64,000 bases of DNA from an uncultured Spirochaetota bacterium (GTDB lineage Bacteria > Spirochaetota > Spirochaetia > SZUA-6 > Fen-1364), in NCBI GenBank assembly GCA_963745235.1, contig CAVUXE010000022.1, positions 32,001 through 96,000 on the forward strand, written 5' to 3'. Under the pieces are notes generated by a model. The model was not told the DNA's origin, did not search any database, and was given only the letters and a program-made list of their open reading frames with translations. Below, piece by piece: positions 1 to 10,870 of this stretch (position 1 is its first letter; each line of letters begins with the position of its first letter). The position numbers were made by a program, and so were the translations under genes.

Positions 1-1
1 A

Positions 2-148
2 GGCGCGACGGGACAGCTCACCTCGAAGGACGGGAAGACCGCTTATGACTACGCGGCTATGAATCCCGACCTGAAGGGAACAAAGCAGCTGCAAGAGCTG
101 AAGACCGCCGCCCAGACGGCCCATGGTCAAGTCGGCCAGCGGGCATAG
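2..148 (+). CDS. C-terminal end of a probable ankyrin-repeat protein (truncated by the window edge)
   Basis: Frame 2 reads GATGQLTSKDGKTAYDYAAMNPDLKGT... and stops at TAG 146-148; 'DGKTAYDYA' resembles a terminal ankyrin repeat. Confidence 0.5.
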   Translation, partial: GATGQLTSKDGKTAYDYAAMNPDLKGTKQLQELKTAAQTAHGQVGQRA

Positions 149-282
149 AGGAGACAGCAGCGGCGGAGGACTGCTGAAGCCGGGGGGAGCGTGGATTGGC
201 GCTCCCCCCATACTGGCTCCACAGCGGCGGTCATTCACCACCCTGTGCCTGCGCGCCGACCCGAACGCTACTTTTGGACATG

Positions 283-310
283 TGTCCTGATTGCGCGCGG
301 CCGGTTCGTC
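283..310 (+). promoter_or_regulatory. Candidate ECF (ECF42-like) autoregulated promoter
   Basis: TGTCCT (283-288) and CGTC (307-310) lie just upstream of the YCII-ECF pair and resemble the TGTC.../CGTC form of ECF promoters. Confidence 0.4.
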
Positions 311-334
311 ATTGATGGCATGGAGGCAGGAACC

Positions 335-683
335 ATGAAGGAATATCTATTCTTTTTCCGCGGCGGGCTGGACTTCCGCACGGCGTCCCCCGAGCAGCTT
401 CAGAAGGCCACGCAGAAATGGCAGGTCTGGCTGGACAAGCTCGCCAAGGAGGGGAGGCTCTCATCTTCGGGCAACCGGCTCTACGGGCACCGGCTCCGTG
501 ATCAAGGGCGAAAAGAAGCAGGTCTTTGAGGGGCCCTACGTCGAGGGGAGGGAAATCGTGGGCGGGTATATCGGAGTGAAGGCGAAAGACCTGAGCGAGG
601 CAGTCGAGATCGGCAAGGAATGCCCCATCTTCGACTTCGGCGGCTCCACCGAGGTCAGGGAAATTGCCGCCACGGGCCCTTGA
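335..683 (+). CDS. YCII-related (DGPF-type) protein, frameshift near 485
   Basis: MKEYLFFFRGG...W..WLDKL..EG joins EGPYVEGREIVGGYIGVKAKDLSEAVEIGKECP in the next frame; SD GGAGG upstream. Confidence 0.85.
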
Positions 684-696
684 GAGGAGCCCGGGA

Positions 697-1978
697 GTGC
701 TGCCGAACGGCGTCGAAGGAAACGTCGGCGGCCTGGTGGACCATCTTTTTCGCCGTGAGGCGGGAAAGATGGTCTCGGCCCTGACGAGGATTCTCGGAAC
801 GGAAAATCTGGAAACCGCGGAAGACGTCGTTCAGGAGACTCTCTTGCGGGCCATGGAGGTCTGGCCCTATCAGGGCGTGCCTGACAAGCCGTCCGCCTGG
901 CTCTTCAGCGTGGCGAGGAACAAGGCCATCGACGTTCTCCGCCGAACCCGTCGCGTGATCCATGTGGACTTTGACAATGAAAGTGTTCCCGACTCGCGTG
1001 GGAGCGGCGGCATGGACGCCGAGGGAGACATGCTGAGAATGATGTTCGCCTGCTGTTCCCCCGGGATCTCCGAAGCAAGCCAGATCGCCATCATCCTGAA
1101 GACTCTCTGCGGGTTCGGGACTGCCGAAATTGCCAGGGCGTTCGTCATACCCGAGGAGACGGTTTCCAAGAGACTGTTCCGCGCCAGGGAGTTCTTCCGG
1201 GAGGAGCCGGTGCGCCTGGAGATCCCGGTGGGAGAGGAGGCCAGGAGACGCATCGATGCGGTCTTGAATGCGATCTACCTCCTGTTCAACGAAGGCTGCA
1301 ATTCGACCAGCTCCGAGGAGCTGATCAGGGGCGACCTGATCGAGGAGGCCATGAGGCTCTGTGGTCTGCTTGCAGAAAATCCCAACACGCAAAGGCCAGA
1401 GGTGTTTGCCCTGATGGCGCTCATGTGCTTTCATTCCTCGCGGATGGAAAGCCGGCTCGACGACCGAGGGAGAGATCATCCTGCTCCCCGACCAGGACCG
1501 AAGCAGGTGGAGCAGGGGGCTCATCGCAGAAGGCAACGCGTACATGAACAGGGCGGCGTTCGGCGATTCGCTCACACGGTACCACCTCGAGGCTGCCATC
1601 GCTTACGAGCACTGCGCAGCGGGGAGTTTTTCGACGACCGACTGGGAGAGGATCCTCCAGTTGTACGGATTGCTGCGGGAGATTTCCCCGTCACCGTTCG
1701 TCGAATTGAACATGGCAGTGGCCATTCTCTGCGCCCGCGGGCCGGCTGCCGCGGCCGAAGCCCTGCAGGGCATCGAGGACAAGCGCAAGCTGGAGAGCTA
1801 CCATCTCTACCACAGTCTTCTCGGGGAGATCGATCTGAGAATGAACCGGGGCGCTCAGGCGGCGCACCATTTTGCCGCGGCCCGGGACATGACGAAATCC
1901 GAGCCGGAAAGGCGGCTCTTGACGATGAAAATTGCCGCGGCAGCTGCCCAGGCGCTCCCCGAAACGCGAAAAATGTGA
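697..1978 (+). CDS. ECF sigma-70 factor with C-terminal TPR-like extension (ECF42-like), frameshift near 1470
   Basis: AEDVVQETLLRA..W, AWLFSVARNKAID, region 4 (AEIARAF...ETVSKRLFRAR), YLLFNEG, and a C-terminal YHLEAAIA...TDW..I..LY in the second frame. Confidence 0.9.
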
Positions 1979-2006
1979 GATTGTCTTTCACGTAAAAGGA
2001 CGGGAC

Positions 2007-2645
2007 ATGGAACATTTATCTTTCGACATCCTCGTGAGGGCGCGGCGATCCTGCAGGAGCTTCCAGGATGGTCTCCTGGATGAAGCTGCCGTAGCGTCCA
2101 TCCTCGAGGCGGGCTGGCTGGCACCACACGCTGGTGCAACCGGCGTTGCGCTCGCCAACAAGCGGAGGTTTTTCGTCATCAGGCGCGCCAGCGCCGCCCA
2201 CGATCGCATCTACGCCCTCGCTCTTGCGAGAGTCAGGGCAAATCGACATCGTCTCATGATCGCGGGGCGTTTCGTGCCCGGCCTGGCAAAAAAGACCGCC
2301 AGCTTCATGAAAAGGCTGGACGCTTTCGACCGAGACGGCATCAGGACGCTCCAGGAAGCGCCGGTCTGGATCATTGTGGCGGAAAGAAAGGGCTTCCCGC
2401 CGGCGGAGGCCAAGTCGATCGCGCACGTGATGCAGAATATGTGGCTCAAAGCCACCGAGTTGGGAGTTGGCTTCATGCTGCTCAGCCTTACCGGGATGCT
2501 CTCCGGGGATGCAGCAATTGCGTCTGCGCTTGGACTCGCACGGGGGGAATGGGAGCTTGACGGCTGCCTCGTCGGGTTGCCTGCAAGACCGTCCGAGCCA
2601 AGCGCCGAACATCTTCCGAAGGATGCGGTGTCGTGGCTGGACTGA
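2007..2645 (+). CDS. Nitroreductase family protein
   Basis: RRSCRSF...ILEAGWLAPHA and QNMWLKATELGVG motifs. Confidence 0.85.
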   Translation: MEHLSFDILVRARRSCRSFQDGLLDEAAVASILEAGWLAPHAGATGVALANKRRFFVIRRASAAHDRIYALALARVRANRHRLMIAGRFVPGLAKKTASFMKRLDAFDRDGIRTLQEAPVWIIVAERKGFPPAEAKSIAHVMQNMWLKATELGVGFMLLSLTGMLSGDAAIASALGLARGEWELDGCLVGLPARPSEPSAEHLPKDAVSWLD

Positions 2646-2653
2646 ACAACCGA

Positions 2654-3754
2654 CTAGATCGCCGCGGCCTTCGACTTTGAGATGCTGATGATCTCATCCG
2701 CGCTGACCTCGCACCCGCGGCCGTCGGATATGTAGATTCCTTCCTGGATCATCATGGAGCGAAGCGCTATCTCCGCGGTGTTGATGAGCTTCACCTTCCC
2801 CTGGAGCGCGGCAATCCAGTGCTTCTGGGACGAGTCGTAGGCGGATTCCAGGGGGTTGACCCGGTGCCACCTCTCGTCCACCCCGTCCATATCGGGTCGA
2901 GACGTCATTTCGATGTCGTCCATGCTCGACATGTAGCTGAACGGATACAGCCGTATTCCCCCGAGGGTGCCCACCACTGAGCTTCCCTCGAACTGGTCCA
3001 GGTGGATGGCCCAGGCTTCGATCACCTCCAGAATAGCGGCGTTTGTGAACCTGACCAGGCCAAGACCCAGCTCCTCGACGTTGTAGCCGCTCGCGAGCTT
3101 TCGATCCTCGTACATCTCCATGGTCTGGAATGTCTTTCCGCTCACACGGGCCACTTCGGGAAGCCCCATCAGGAAGAGCACCTGGGTGAGCCGATAGACG
3201 CCCATGTCGAAGATGGCCCCCCCGCCGGTAAGCTCCTTCTTCACGAAGGAGGGTGAACCGTAACCGTCCACGAAAGGCCTGCCCCGCCGGCGGTAACCCG
3301 AGGCGCGGCCCAGGTAGATGTTCCCGAGCCTGCCACCGTCTATGAGGCGTTTTGCGAGCTTTGTCTCCCGATCGTAGAGCATGCTCAACTGGATGTGAAG
3401 CTTCTTGCCGGTTTCCCGAGCGGCATCCAGCATCATCTTCCCGTCCGCATATGTTCCGGCAATCGGCTTTTCGCAGTAGACGTTTTTCCCCGCTCGAAGG
3501 GCCGCGATGGTGGCAGGCGCATGAAAGTTGTTGTGCAGGCAGACGTCCACGGCGTCCAGGTCATCTCGCTCCAGCATTTTCCTGAAATCGCTGTACCGAT
3601 GGGGTATTCCGTACTTCTCGGATACCGCGTTCAGCTCGCCCTCGTCGATGTCCGCGGCCGCGACGACCTCGGCCTCGGGGATGTCCCTGTAGAAATCGAG
3701 GTGCATCTTCGCGATCTGCCCCACACCGATCATGCCGACCCTGATCTTTTCCAT
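2654..3754 (-). CDS. Gfo/Idh/MocA family oxidoreductase
   Basis: GMIGVGQIA Rossmann motif, YCEKP, GGGAIFDMGVY. Confidence 0.92.
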   Translation of the reverse strand: MEKIRVGMIGVGQIAKMHLDFYRDIPEAEVVAAADIDEGELNAVSEKYGIPHRYSDFRKMLERDDLDAVDVCLHNNFHAPATIAALRAGKNVYCEKPIAGTYADGKMMLDAARETGKKLHIQLSMLYDRETKLAKRLIDGGRLGNIYLGRASGYRRRGRPFVDGYGSPSFVKKELTGGGAIFDMGVYRLTQVLFLMGLPEVARVSGKTFQTMEMYEDRKLASGYNVEELGLGLVRFTNAAILEVIEAWAIHLDQFEGSSVVGTLGGIRLYPFSYMSSMDDIEMTSRPDMDGVDERWHRVNPLESAYDSSQKHWIAALQGKVKLINTAEIALRSMMIQEGIYISDGRGCEVSADEIISISKSKAAAI

Positions 3755-3767
3755 CCCTTCTCCTGTT

Positions 3768-6394
3768 CTATGGTCGCTGCCTGCTGAGGAGGCAAGCAAG
3801 AGTCCGCAGATAGACTGAGCGGTTGTCTCCCAGGAGGCTGACGATCAGCGCGCCTTTTCCCACCGCCGTCTCGAAGAACATGCCCGGGTACGTCAGCGCG
3901 GACCAGGCGTTGTTGCAGACGCCGTACCATCGCAGGGGGGGACCTCCGCCAGGGCCGCCCTCCATGTAGGCAGAGGTGGAGCCGAAGTAGGAGATCGGTG
4001 AGCGACCGACATCCCGGTAGCCTCTCATGATGGGATGGCCTCGATCCACTACCTTCGCGCTCGCGTGCTGGCAGACATTGAAGGAAATCTGCCCGGGCAG
4101 CCGGGATGCGTCGAGCAAAGCGCAGTCAGGATCGTTCAGAAGGACTGCCCCCCGGCTTCCACGAAGCTCATGAGCCTCGCGGAGTTTGCATTGAAAAAGG
4201 CGGTTGCGTAGCGATCTATTACGACCGCCCTGCTTTTGTTGAGGGCCTGGTCCGCTTCTGCTTCAGCGGGGACGTCATGGCGGAGAAAGAGCTGACGCAG
4301 GTACTCGGAGGAAGCACCCGCTCCGAGAACCGCCAGGTCGGTCTCCGATTCACACCAACGGCAGATGCCGTATGCTGCTTCAATGTCGTCGATCAGCGCC
4401 CCGAGATCGGGCGAGCTCCACGGGAAGCCTTGATCGTAGTACACGTGCCTGCTGTCCCCTGACGACGCGGGCAGGCGCGCGTTGGCATCCCTCATCTCTT
4501 CCCCGCCGGTCCGCAGGGAGTCCAGCATCCGCTCTCTCTGGGCGCTGTCTGGCTGCAAAGCGGAGAGAGCCTTCAAGGCGAAGAAGGCTTTTGTGAATCC
4601 TCGCCAGAGCCGGCCGTAGTGGAGGTTGCGCTCCAAATGCCCCGTGATCAGATCCCTGTCAGGCTTCGAGAACCTGTCCTCGATGGCCCTGAAATCCAGG
4701 AGCATCTCTTCCGCCGTGGAGACCCCGCGATCCTTTTCCGCGACGATGCCCTGGATCGACTGGAGGTCCACCCGCTGCTCGAGGTCGGGGAAGAAGGCTC
4801 CGCTGTCATAGCGCACGTAGACCGACTCCCATGTGCGCAGGTCGTACTCGAGATGGCTATGCCCGTTGAACTTCACGTCACGAACGTACAGGTAGTCCTT
4901 CTTGCAGTCCCAGGACCGTGCCAGGATGGGCGCGAGGGCAGCGCCGCCTCTTCCGAACTCCCGTTCGCAGAAGGTCTTCTCGATCACCACCGGATCAGCG
5001 TCCGGGTTCCAGCACAGCTCACCGTAGGCGCGGAAGTTGACAGCGTTGATGCGGTCTTCAAGATTTCCTTCCACGGCAAAAAAGCCCTTCAGCTTCTTCT
5101 GCTGGAACAGGCGGACCCTGTCTGACATGTGGCGCACGATCCAGTCCGGCACCTTGCCCCAGCCCCGATATTCGGGCCAGAGCTGGAACCCCGCGATCTG
5201 GTTCCGATAGCGCCCGATCTGGGGGTGCGGTGGATGTCCCATGCAGAAGTCACCCGCGGTTTCCCAGGTCGCCATGATGATGTTCTCATGCGCGTCGATA
5301 TACTCGAACGAGTCGTCCCAGAACGAATTGTAGCCCGGCCGCGCGGACAACCCCCCGGGCAACCAGTCGAAAATGACAAGGCGTTTCCCGAGCGCCTGGA
5401 CCGTTTCGTTGGTCCGAATGATCGCATCCCGATACCGCTGGCCGTAGGAATAGCTCGCGCACCGTGCGCAGCCGCAGCCCAGCGGGTTGCCGTCATAGAA
5501 AGACAACGCGAGCCCGCTCAGCTCAGGATGCACGGAAAAGAACTCCTCCAGGGCGCTTTGCCAGATCTTCCAGAGTCCCGGCTGCGAAGGACAATATTTC
5601 GGCCTTTCCTGCCACTCGTAGGGAGGCCAGTCAGAAGAGCCCTTGAAACCACGCGCCAGAAGCTCGGAGTGATGCTCCACGATGTGCTCGAAGACGTACT
5701 CCGGAAAGTCCATCAGGTCCCAGCCCGCGTACACGGCCAGGCCCTGCGCGCGGGAGGCGGTGATGAAGCGATGCAGGTCCTCCCTCTCCGCCAGAATCTT
5801 CGCGGCGTGCTCCCGAAACGGGCGCGCGCGGCCGGGGAACGCGTCATCCAGAAACACCTGCGGCCCCACGGTGCCCTTTGCGAAAGTGCCGTACATGACC
5901 GTGTTGAGCCTGAAATCCTGGGCGAGACTCGGCAGGACGTCGCGGCACACGGTGTCAACCGAGCTCGCTACGCCGTAATACAGCCATGACCGAATCTCGT
6001 AAGCTGGAGACTCGCGCACCTCCTCGTCCCACTCCAGTCCATCGGAGGTCTCCCGTACCGTGGTCGTGAACCTTCTGGCTGCATACAGCAGTCCTCTCCC
6101 ATTCTCCGCGGTCAGCGCGAATGACTTGTCCTTCGGCAGCGCACGGATGCAAAAACCGTCCGGCAGTGTCCGTGGCCGTTCCCTGAGCATCCGCGCCGCA
6201 TCCGGACTGTCCGCGCCGCAAAGGATCATGGCAGAGTCTTCCGCCAGGTCGCGGCGGATGCGCGGAGTCCCCGGCACAGCGGGGGCCGCGCTGAGCGCGC
6301 TCAGCCGGTGCACTACCAGCCGGAGCGCTTGCTCCCGCGGGCCGTCGTCCCCGGTGCCGACGTGAATCGAGATTCCTTCATAGGCAAGCTTCAT
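3768..6394 (-). CDS. Large uncharacterised glycoside-hydrolase-like protein (about 875 aa), frameshift in a homopolymer at 4148-4153
   Basis: N-terminal DGFCI...LTAENGRGLLYA resembles the GH20/GH67-type accessory domain; YCPS and CGCARC motifs; adding one G gives FVEAGGAVLLND, joining ORF 3768..4118; lies in a sugar ABC operon. Confidence 0.6.
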
Positions 6395-6417
6395 GGCACG
6401 GTCCCTTCCCTTCCGGA

Positions 6418-7251
6418 TCAACCCTTGAGCGCACCCGTCTCGATCCCCCTCAGGTATTGCTTTGAAATCAGCAGGTACACGATGATCATGGGCAGCGAAG
6501 CCAGGGAAAGCGCGGCGAATACGAGCCCGAAGTCCGTCTGGTACTGGCCGAAGAGGTTGGCCGTTGCCAGCGGGAATGTCTTCTTCGTGTCTGAGCTGAT
6601 CAGGATCAGGGGAAACCAGAAGTCATTCCAGATCGGGAGCGCGTTGATGATTGCCGCGGCGGCGATTGCGGGTCTCAGATTGGGCACGATGATGCGTCCG
6701 AAGATGCTGTATTCGCTGGCCCCATCCATTCTTGCCGCGTTGCTCAGCTCTTCGGGGATCTCCCTGATGAAGCCGGTGAAAATCAGAACGCCGTACGGAA
6801 TGCCGATGGCCGCATAGACAACGATCAGGGCGAGCAGCGAGTCCGTAAGAGACAACCAGTTCATGGTCCGCACAATGTTCAGGGTCCCCAGCCTCAGGGG
6901 AATCATCATGCCTGCCAGAAGGTACAGGTAGACGAGACTGCTTCCTCGGAACTTCAGCTTGGCGATGACGTACGAGGGCAGCAGGGACAAGCCCAGGATG
7001 ACCGTGATGGACGCCGCGGTAACGATCAAGCTGTTGGCGTAGTAGCGCAGATAGCTGCTTTGCGTGATGATGGCGGTATAGTTTCCCGTTACCCAGGTTT
7101 TCGGAAGGCTGTACGGGTGGGTGAAGATCTCGTTGTTGGTCTTCACGGACGTCAGGACCATGAGAACTATGGGATACAGCGCGATAAAGGCCTGGACCGC
7201 GAGAACCGTGTAGAGAGCTATTCTCAGCGGGATGCGCCCGGAGCCGCGCAC
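6418..7251 (-). CDS. Carbohydrate ABC transporter permease (MalG-like)
   Basis: IPEELSNAARMDGA EAA loop, WNDFWFPLI, several TM segments. Confidence 0.95.
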   Translation of the reverse strand: MRGSGRIPLRIALYTVLAVQAFIALYPIVLMVLTSVKTNNEIFTHPYSLPKTWVTGNYTAIITQSSYLRYYANSLIVTAASITVILGLSLLPSYVIAKLKFRGSSLVYLYLLAGMMIPLRLGTLNIVRTMNWLSLTDSLLALIVVYAAIGIPYGVLIFTGFIREIPEELSNAARMDGASEYSIFGRIIVPNLRPAIAAAAIINALPIWNDFWFPLILISSDTKKTFPLATANLFGQYQTDFGLVFAALSLASLPMIIVYLLISKQYLRGIETGALKG

Positions 7252-8174
7252 TACGCGGCTCCTCTTCGCCGCGTGAATCTGAGCACGAGGATCTCACCGA
7301 CAAGCACAATGACGAACATCACGCTGGCAAGCGCCGCGGCCAGACCAAGGTCGGACGTGATACCGGTGTTGTTTGCCCCGAACAACGAGCGATAAAACAG
7401 GGTCCCGAACACGTCCGTGTGATACGCCGGGTCCCCCCAGGCATTTGCCGCGGAATAGATCAGGTCGAACTGGGTGATGTTCCCGATCAGGGCGAGTGTC
7501 GTGACAATTCCGAAGACCGGCAGGAGAAGCGGAATGATGATCCGCCGGGTGACGGCAATCTCTCCGGCTCCGTCAATCCGCGCCGCTTCGATCATTTCGT
7601 GGTCGACGCTGTTGATTCCCGCGAGGAACAGGACAAACGGCAGGCCGAAGTAGACCCAACCCCCAATCAGCGCAATGACCGGGATGGCAAGGTGGGCATC
7701 TCCGAGCCAGGGCCGGACCAGGAGCCCGAGATGGATGAACCGAAGGGCCTTGTCCAGGACTCCCCACACCGGGTTGAGAATCATCTTGAAAAGGAAGCCC
7801 ACCACGATCAGGGGCACCAGGGAAGGAATGAAGAACACGACGCGGAAGAAGGAAGCAAAGCGGACCCGGGAAATAATGACGGCGAAAACGAGCGGGATCG
7901 TGTTCTGGATGGCCGCAAGGATCACGAAAAGCTCTATGGTGTTCCTGAAAGCATTGAAAAACGCCGTATTGAAGGGTGGTACGAAGAACAACCTGTGGAA
8001 GTTTGCGAGGCCGACGAAACGATCGATCCGCAGGAGCTTCCCCGAGTACAGGCTCAACCGAAGGGAGTCGAACACAGGGAGGATGAGGAAGGCCGTATAG
8101 AAAAGAAGGGTCGGCGCAAGGAAAAGGAGAATGACGTGAAGGTTTCCTCTCAGCGCACGCTGTCCTCTCCGCAA
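7251..8174 (-). CDS. Carbohydrate ABC transporter permease (MalF-like)
   Basis: FVGLANF, EAARIDGA EAA loop, TM segments. Confidence 0.95.
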   Translation of the reverse strand: MRRGQRALRGNLHVILLFLAPTLLFYTAFLILPVFDSLRLSLYSGKLLRIDRFVGLANFHRLFFVPPFNTAFFNAFRNTIELFVILAAIQNTIPLVFAVIISRVRFASFFRVVFFIPSLVPLIVVGFLFKMILNPVWGVLDKALRFIHLGLLVRPWLGDAHLAIPVIALIGGWVYFGLPFVLFLAGINSVDHEMIEAARIDGAGEIAVTRRIIIPLLLPVFGIVTTLALIGNITQFDLIYSAANAWGDPAYHTDVFGTLFYRSLFGANNTGITSDLGLAAALASVMFVIVLVGEILVLRFTRRRGAA

Positions 8175-8224
8175 CTTTCACCCTCCTTCACGACGCCCTT
8201 GGAAATCGGTGGGTCACAAGAATC

Positions 8225-8261
8225 GACCTGGCCGGGCCGTCGAAACCGCCCCGGCCAGGTC
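8225..8261. terminator. 12-bp stem-loop between the binding-protein and permease genes (mRNA stabiliser or partial terminator)
   Basis: GACCTGGCCGGG (8225-8236) and CCCGGCCAGGTC (8250-8261) form a perfect inverted repeat 13 nt after the binding-protein stop. Confidence 0.7.
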
Positions 8262-8273
8262 ATCTGTCACAGT

Positions 8274-9560
8274 CTACTTGAACGGAAACCAGGTCGCGAG
8301 CCCTTTCTGGACATAATCCGCGGCCTGCTCAGGGGTGAACTCCCCGAGAACCACTTTCACGGAGGCGTCATCCAGCAGGTCAGTTCCCGTGGGGGCCTTG
8401 TCGGAGAGCTTCTGCGCCATCAATCGCTCCGTCAGCACCGAGCCCTGAACGGCCTTGAGGATGGAGGTGGCCGCAGGGTCGAGCGTGTAGTTGCCGGGCA
8501 TGTAGCTGAAGAAGCCCGGGATGTTCGTCATGAAAAGCTGGGCGAACTCCGGCGTGGAAACCCAGTTGAGATACGTCGCGGCCGCCTCGGTGTTCTTCGA
8601 GTACCTGGAAAGGCTGTACCCCAGGTCGCTCAGGAAGCACAGCTGCTCCTTGTCCCCCGCATTCTGGACGGGCGGCGGGAACCAGCCGAAGTTCACCCCC
8701 GCGGCCTTGAACCCGGCGAGCTCCCAGGAGCCGCCGCAGATCATCATGGCCGCCTGGCCTGTCTTGAACAGCTGCTGCATTGCCACGTAGTCGATGGACT
8801 GGTAGCCGGGAACGAAGTACTGCACAAGGGATTTCATGACCTCGAACGTCTTCACGAACCGAGGGTCCGTGAACTTGATGTCACCGGCCATCAGGGCCTG
8901 CCGGGTCGCCTCCCCTCCGTAAAAGTTGGCGCCCCAGTTCGGGAATCCGCCCTCTCCCAGGGTCCACTTGTCCACCGCGCCCTGTGCGATCACGTTCACG
9001 CCGGCCTGCTTGAGGGTGTCGCAGATCGAGATGAGCTCCACCCAGGTCTGGGGCACCTTCAGGTTGTACTTCGCGAAGATGTCCTTGTTGTAGTAGATGC
9101 CGTGCGCCACGGCTGCCACGGGGACCGCCACCACCGAGCCTCCCGCGGAGTACTTGTCCAGGACGGCCTGAGGAAGGTTGGAGAGATTCTTTACCAGGCC
9201 GTTCAGAGGCTGAATGTAGCCGTTCTTGTTGTAGTTCTCCACCCAGCCGAAGGGGAACACGCCGATCACGTCGTAGCGGTCGGACTTCGTCTCCAGCGCC
9301 GTCTGAAGCTGGGCGGAATACTCGGTGTTCTTGATCGGGTCAAACTTCACGGTGATATTCGGATACTTCTTCATGAAAACCGCGTTGATCGCGTTCACGG
9401 CAGCGATGTCTTCGGTACGCCAGCTGGTCACGACGATGGTTGTCTGCGTCTGCGCCGGCGCTGCCTCTTTGCTCCCCCCTGCGAATGCGCAGGCCAGGGA
9501 AATTGTCAGAAACACCAGGAGAAAGACTCCTGTCTTCCTGAAACTCAGGATACCCCTCAT
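8274..9560 (-). CDS. Sugar ABC transporter substrate-binding protein
   Basis: Signal peptide ending AFAGGSKE; GIYYNKDIF..YNLKVPQTW; FKTGQAAM; SD GGAGG. Confidence 0.93.
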   Translation of the reverse strand: MRGILSFRKTGVFLLVFLTISLACAFAGGSKEAAPAQTQTTIVVTSWRTEDIAAVNAINAVFMKKYPNITVKFDPIKNTEYSAQLQTALETKSDRYDVIGVFPFGWVENYNKNGYIQPLNGLVKNLSNLPQAVLDKYSAGGSVVAVPVAAVAHGIYYNKDIFAKYNLKVPQTWVELISICDTLKQAGVNVIAQGAVDKWTLGEGGFPNWGANFYGGEATRQALMAGDIKFTDPRFVKTFEVMKSLVQYFVPGYQSIDYVAMQQLFKTGQAAMMICGGSWELAGFKAAGVNFGWFPPPVQNAGDKEQLCFLSDLGYSLSRYSKNTEAAATYLNWVSTPEFAQLFMTNIPGFFSYMPGNYTLDPAATSILKAVQGSVLTERLMAQKLSDKAPTGTDLLDDASVKVVLGEFTPEQAADYVQKGLATWFPFK

Positions 9561-9712
9561 GGCGACCTCCATTGTGTCAAAGCGTGTTCCCCCGAGATCT
9601 GCTGGACCGCTCGTGCGGGCAACGACCCGCTGGTGCGCAGATCTCCCCCCTTCATTCCCATGCTCACTTCCCGTGGAGCACGTCGTCAGCCTTCCTTTCC
9701 TTCATCCTCCTT

Positions 9713-9739
9713 TCAGCCGAATCAGCCGAATCAGCCGAA
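9713..9739 (-). repeat. Exact 9-bp tandem triplication (TTCGGCTGA x3) containing the stop codon of the upstream gene
   Basis: TCAGCCGAA at 9713, 9722 and 9731 on the + strand. Confidence 0.9.
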
Positions 9740-10870
9740 CCTCGTGACCGCGGTCTGTTTTCCGTCGGCCATGGCAGATTCATGGGCGTGGATTCCCGGC
9801 GCGGTCCATCGCGCGGCGGTGACGGCATCCACGGCCGGCTTTCGTCCTTCGACGATGCTGGAGACGAACTCGTGCGCCAGGTAGGGATGGGAACCGCTGT
9901 GCCAGGCCTTCACGAGGACAGGCTCCGAGCCGGGTCGCAGTCGGAGCTCGCTGTCCCTGGCGAAAGCCGACACCTCGGGAGGCAGGAGCTCCGTCCAGTC
10001 AGGAGGCTCGAAGGTCCGTTCCCGGCATTTGCGTCCCCGTGAGCCCTCTTCGAGGGGAAGGAGCTCGAAGGTGGAAAGCGGACCTCCCTCGTGCTCAGGC
10101 CACTCCACCCCCATTGCATCGCCGTAGACGGAGAACCCTTCCAGGAAGCTCCGGGCGGTCTGGAAGAACGACATTGTCACGTCCGCAATCACCTCCGAGC
10201 CCTGGAGCCGGAAAAGCCCGACTTCCAGGGGAAAGAGGTTGTCGTAATCACCCACCCTGTCCGGGGTCAGGCGCCCGGAGCCTGTGCACGTCACGCTCTC
10301 CACCCCGGTGTCCAGCAGCGCCAGAAGGGGGGAAAGTGCATGCGTGACATAGGCCATTGGCGGATAGCCGAGCCAGTAGCGTGGGAAGCCGTCGAGGTTC
10401 TGGATGTGGAATCCCCGGTAGAACGTGATCCGACCCAGAGAGCCTTTTCTGTACAGGTCCCGCACAGCAAGGAACTCCCTCCCGTAGACCGACGTCTCCA
10501 TCATCATGTAATTCTTTGCGGAGGACCGCTCTGCCGCGATGACTGCCTGCAGATCGGGAATCCCCGTTGCCATGGGGACGGCGCATGCGCAGTGCCTGCC
10601 CGAGCTGAGGACCGCGATGGACTGCCGGGCATGGTTGGCCACGGGACTGAGGATGTGCACCGCATCGATCCGTTTGTCATTCAGCGCCTGCTCGAGGCTC
10701 TCGAAGCGATCCTCGATGCCGTACCTGTCCCCGACTGACCTGCGGCGCTCCTCGTCAGGCTCGACAATTGCAACATGCGCCACGCGCGGGTGGCGGAGGT
10801 AGATGGGAAGGAACTGCTCCCCGAAGTTCAACCCGACAACCGCCATTCCGATCCCGTCTGTGCCGCTCAC
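9731..10870 (-). CDS. Gfo/Idh/MocA family oxidoreductase (atypical ACAVPM in place of EKP)
   Basis: AVVGLNFG; HCACAVPMA; YMMMET; YPPMAYVTHA; HSGSHPYLAHEFV. Confidence 0.85.
   Translation of the reverse strand: MSGTDGIGMAVVGLNFGEQFLPIYLRHPRVAHVAIVEPDEERRRSVGDRYGIEDRFESLEQALNDKRIDAVHILSPVANHARQSIAVLSSGRHCACAVPMATGIPDLQAVIAAERSSAKNYMMMETSVYGREFLAVRDLYRKGSLGRITFYRGFHIQNLDGFPRYWLGYPPMAYVTHALSPLLALLDTGVESVTCTGSGRLTPDRVGDYDNLFPLEVGLFRLQGSEVIADVTMSFFQTARSFLEGFSVYGDAMGVEWPEHEGGPLSTFELLPLEEGSRGRKCRERTFEPPDWTELLPPEVSAFARDSELRLRPGSEPVLVKAWHSGSHPYLAHEFVSSIVEGRKPAVDAVTAARWTAPGIHAHESAMADGKQTAVTRFG

Noticed and set aside
7419-9884. 821-aa + strand ORF, and similar long ORFs at 24873-26351, 26747-28417, 36769-38499 and 55979-57736
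   Set aside because: They are antisense shadows of well-supported genes in high-GC DNA and have no recognisable motifs.
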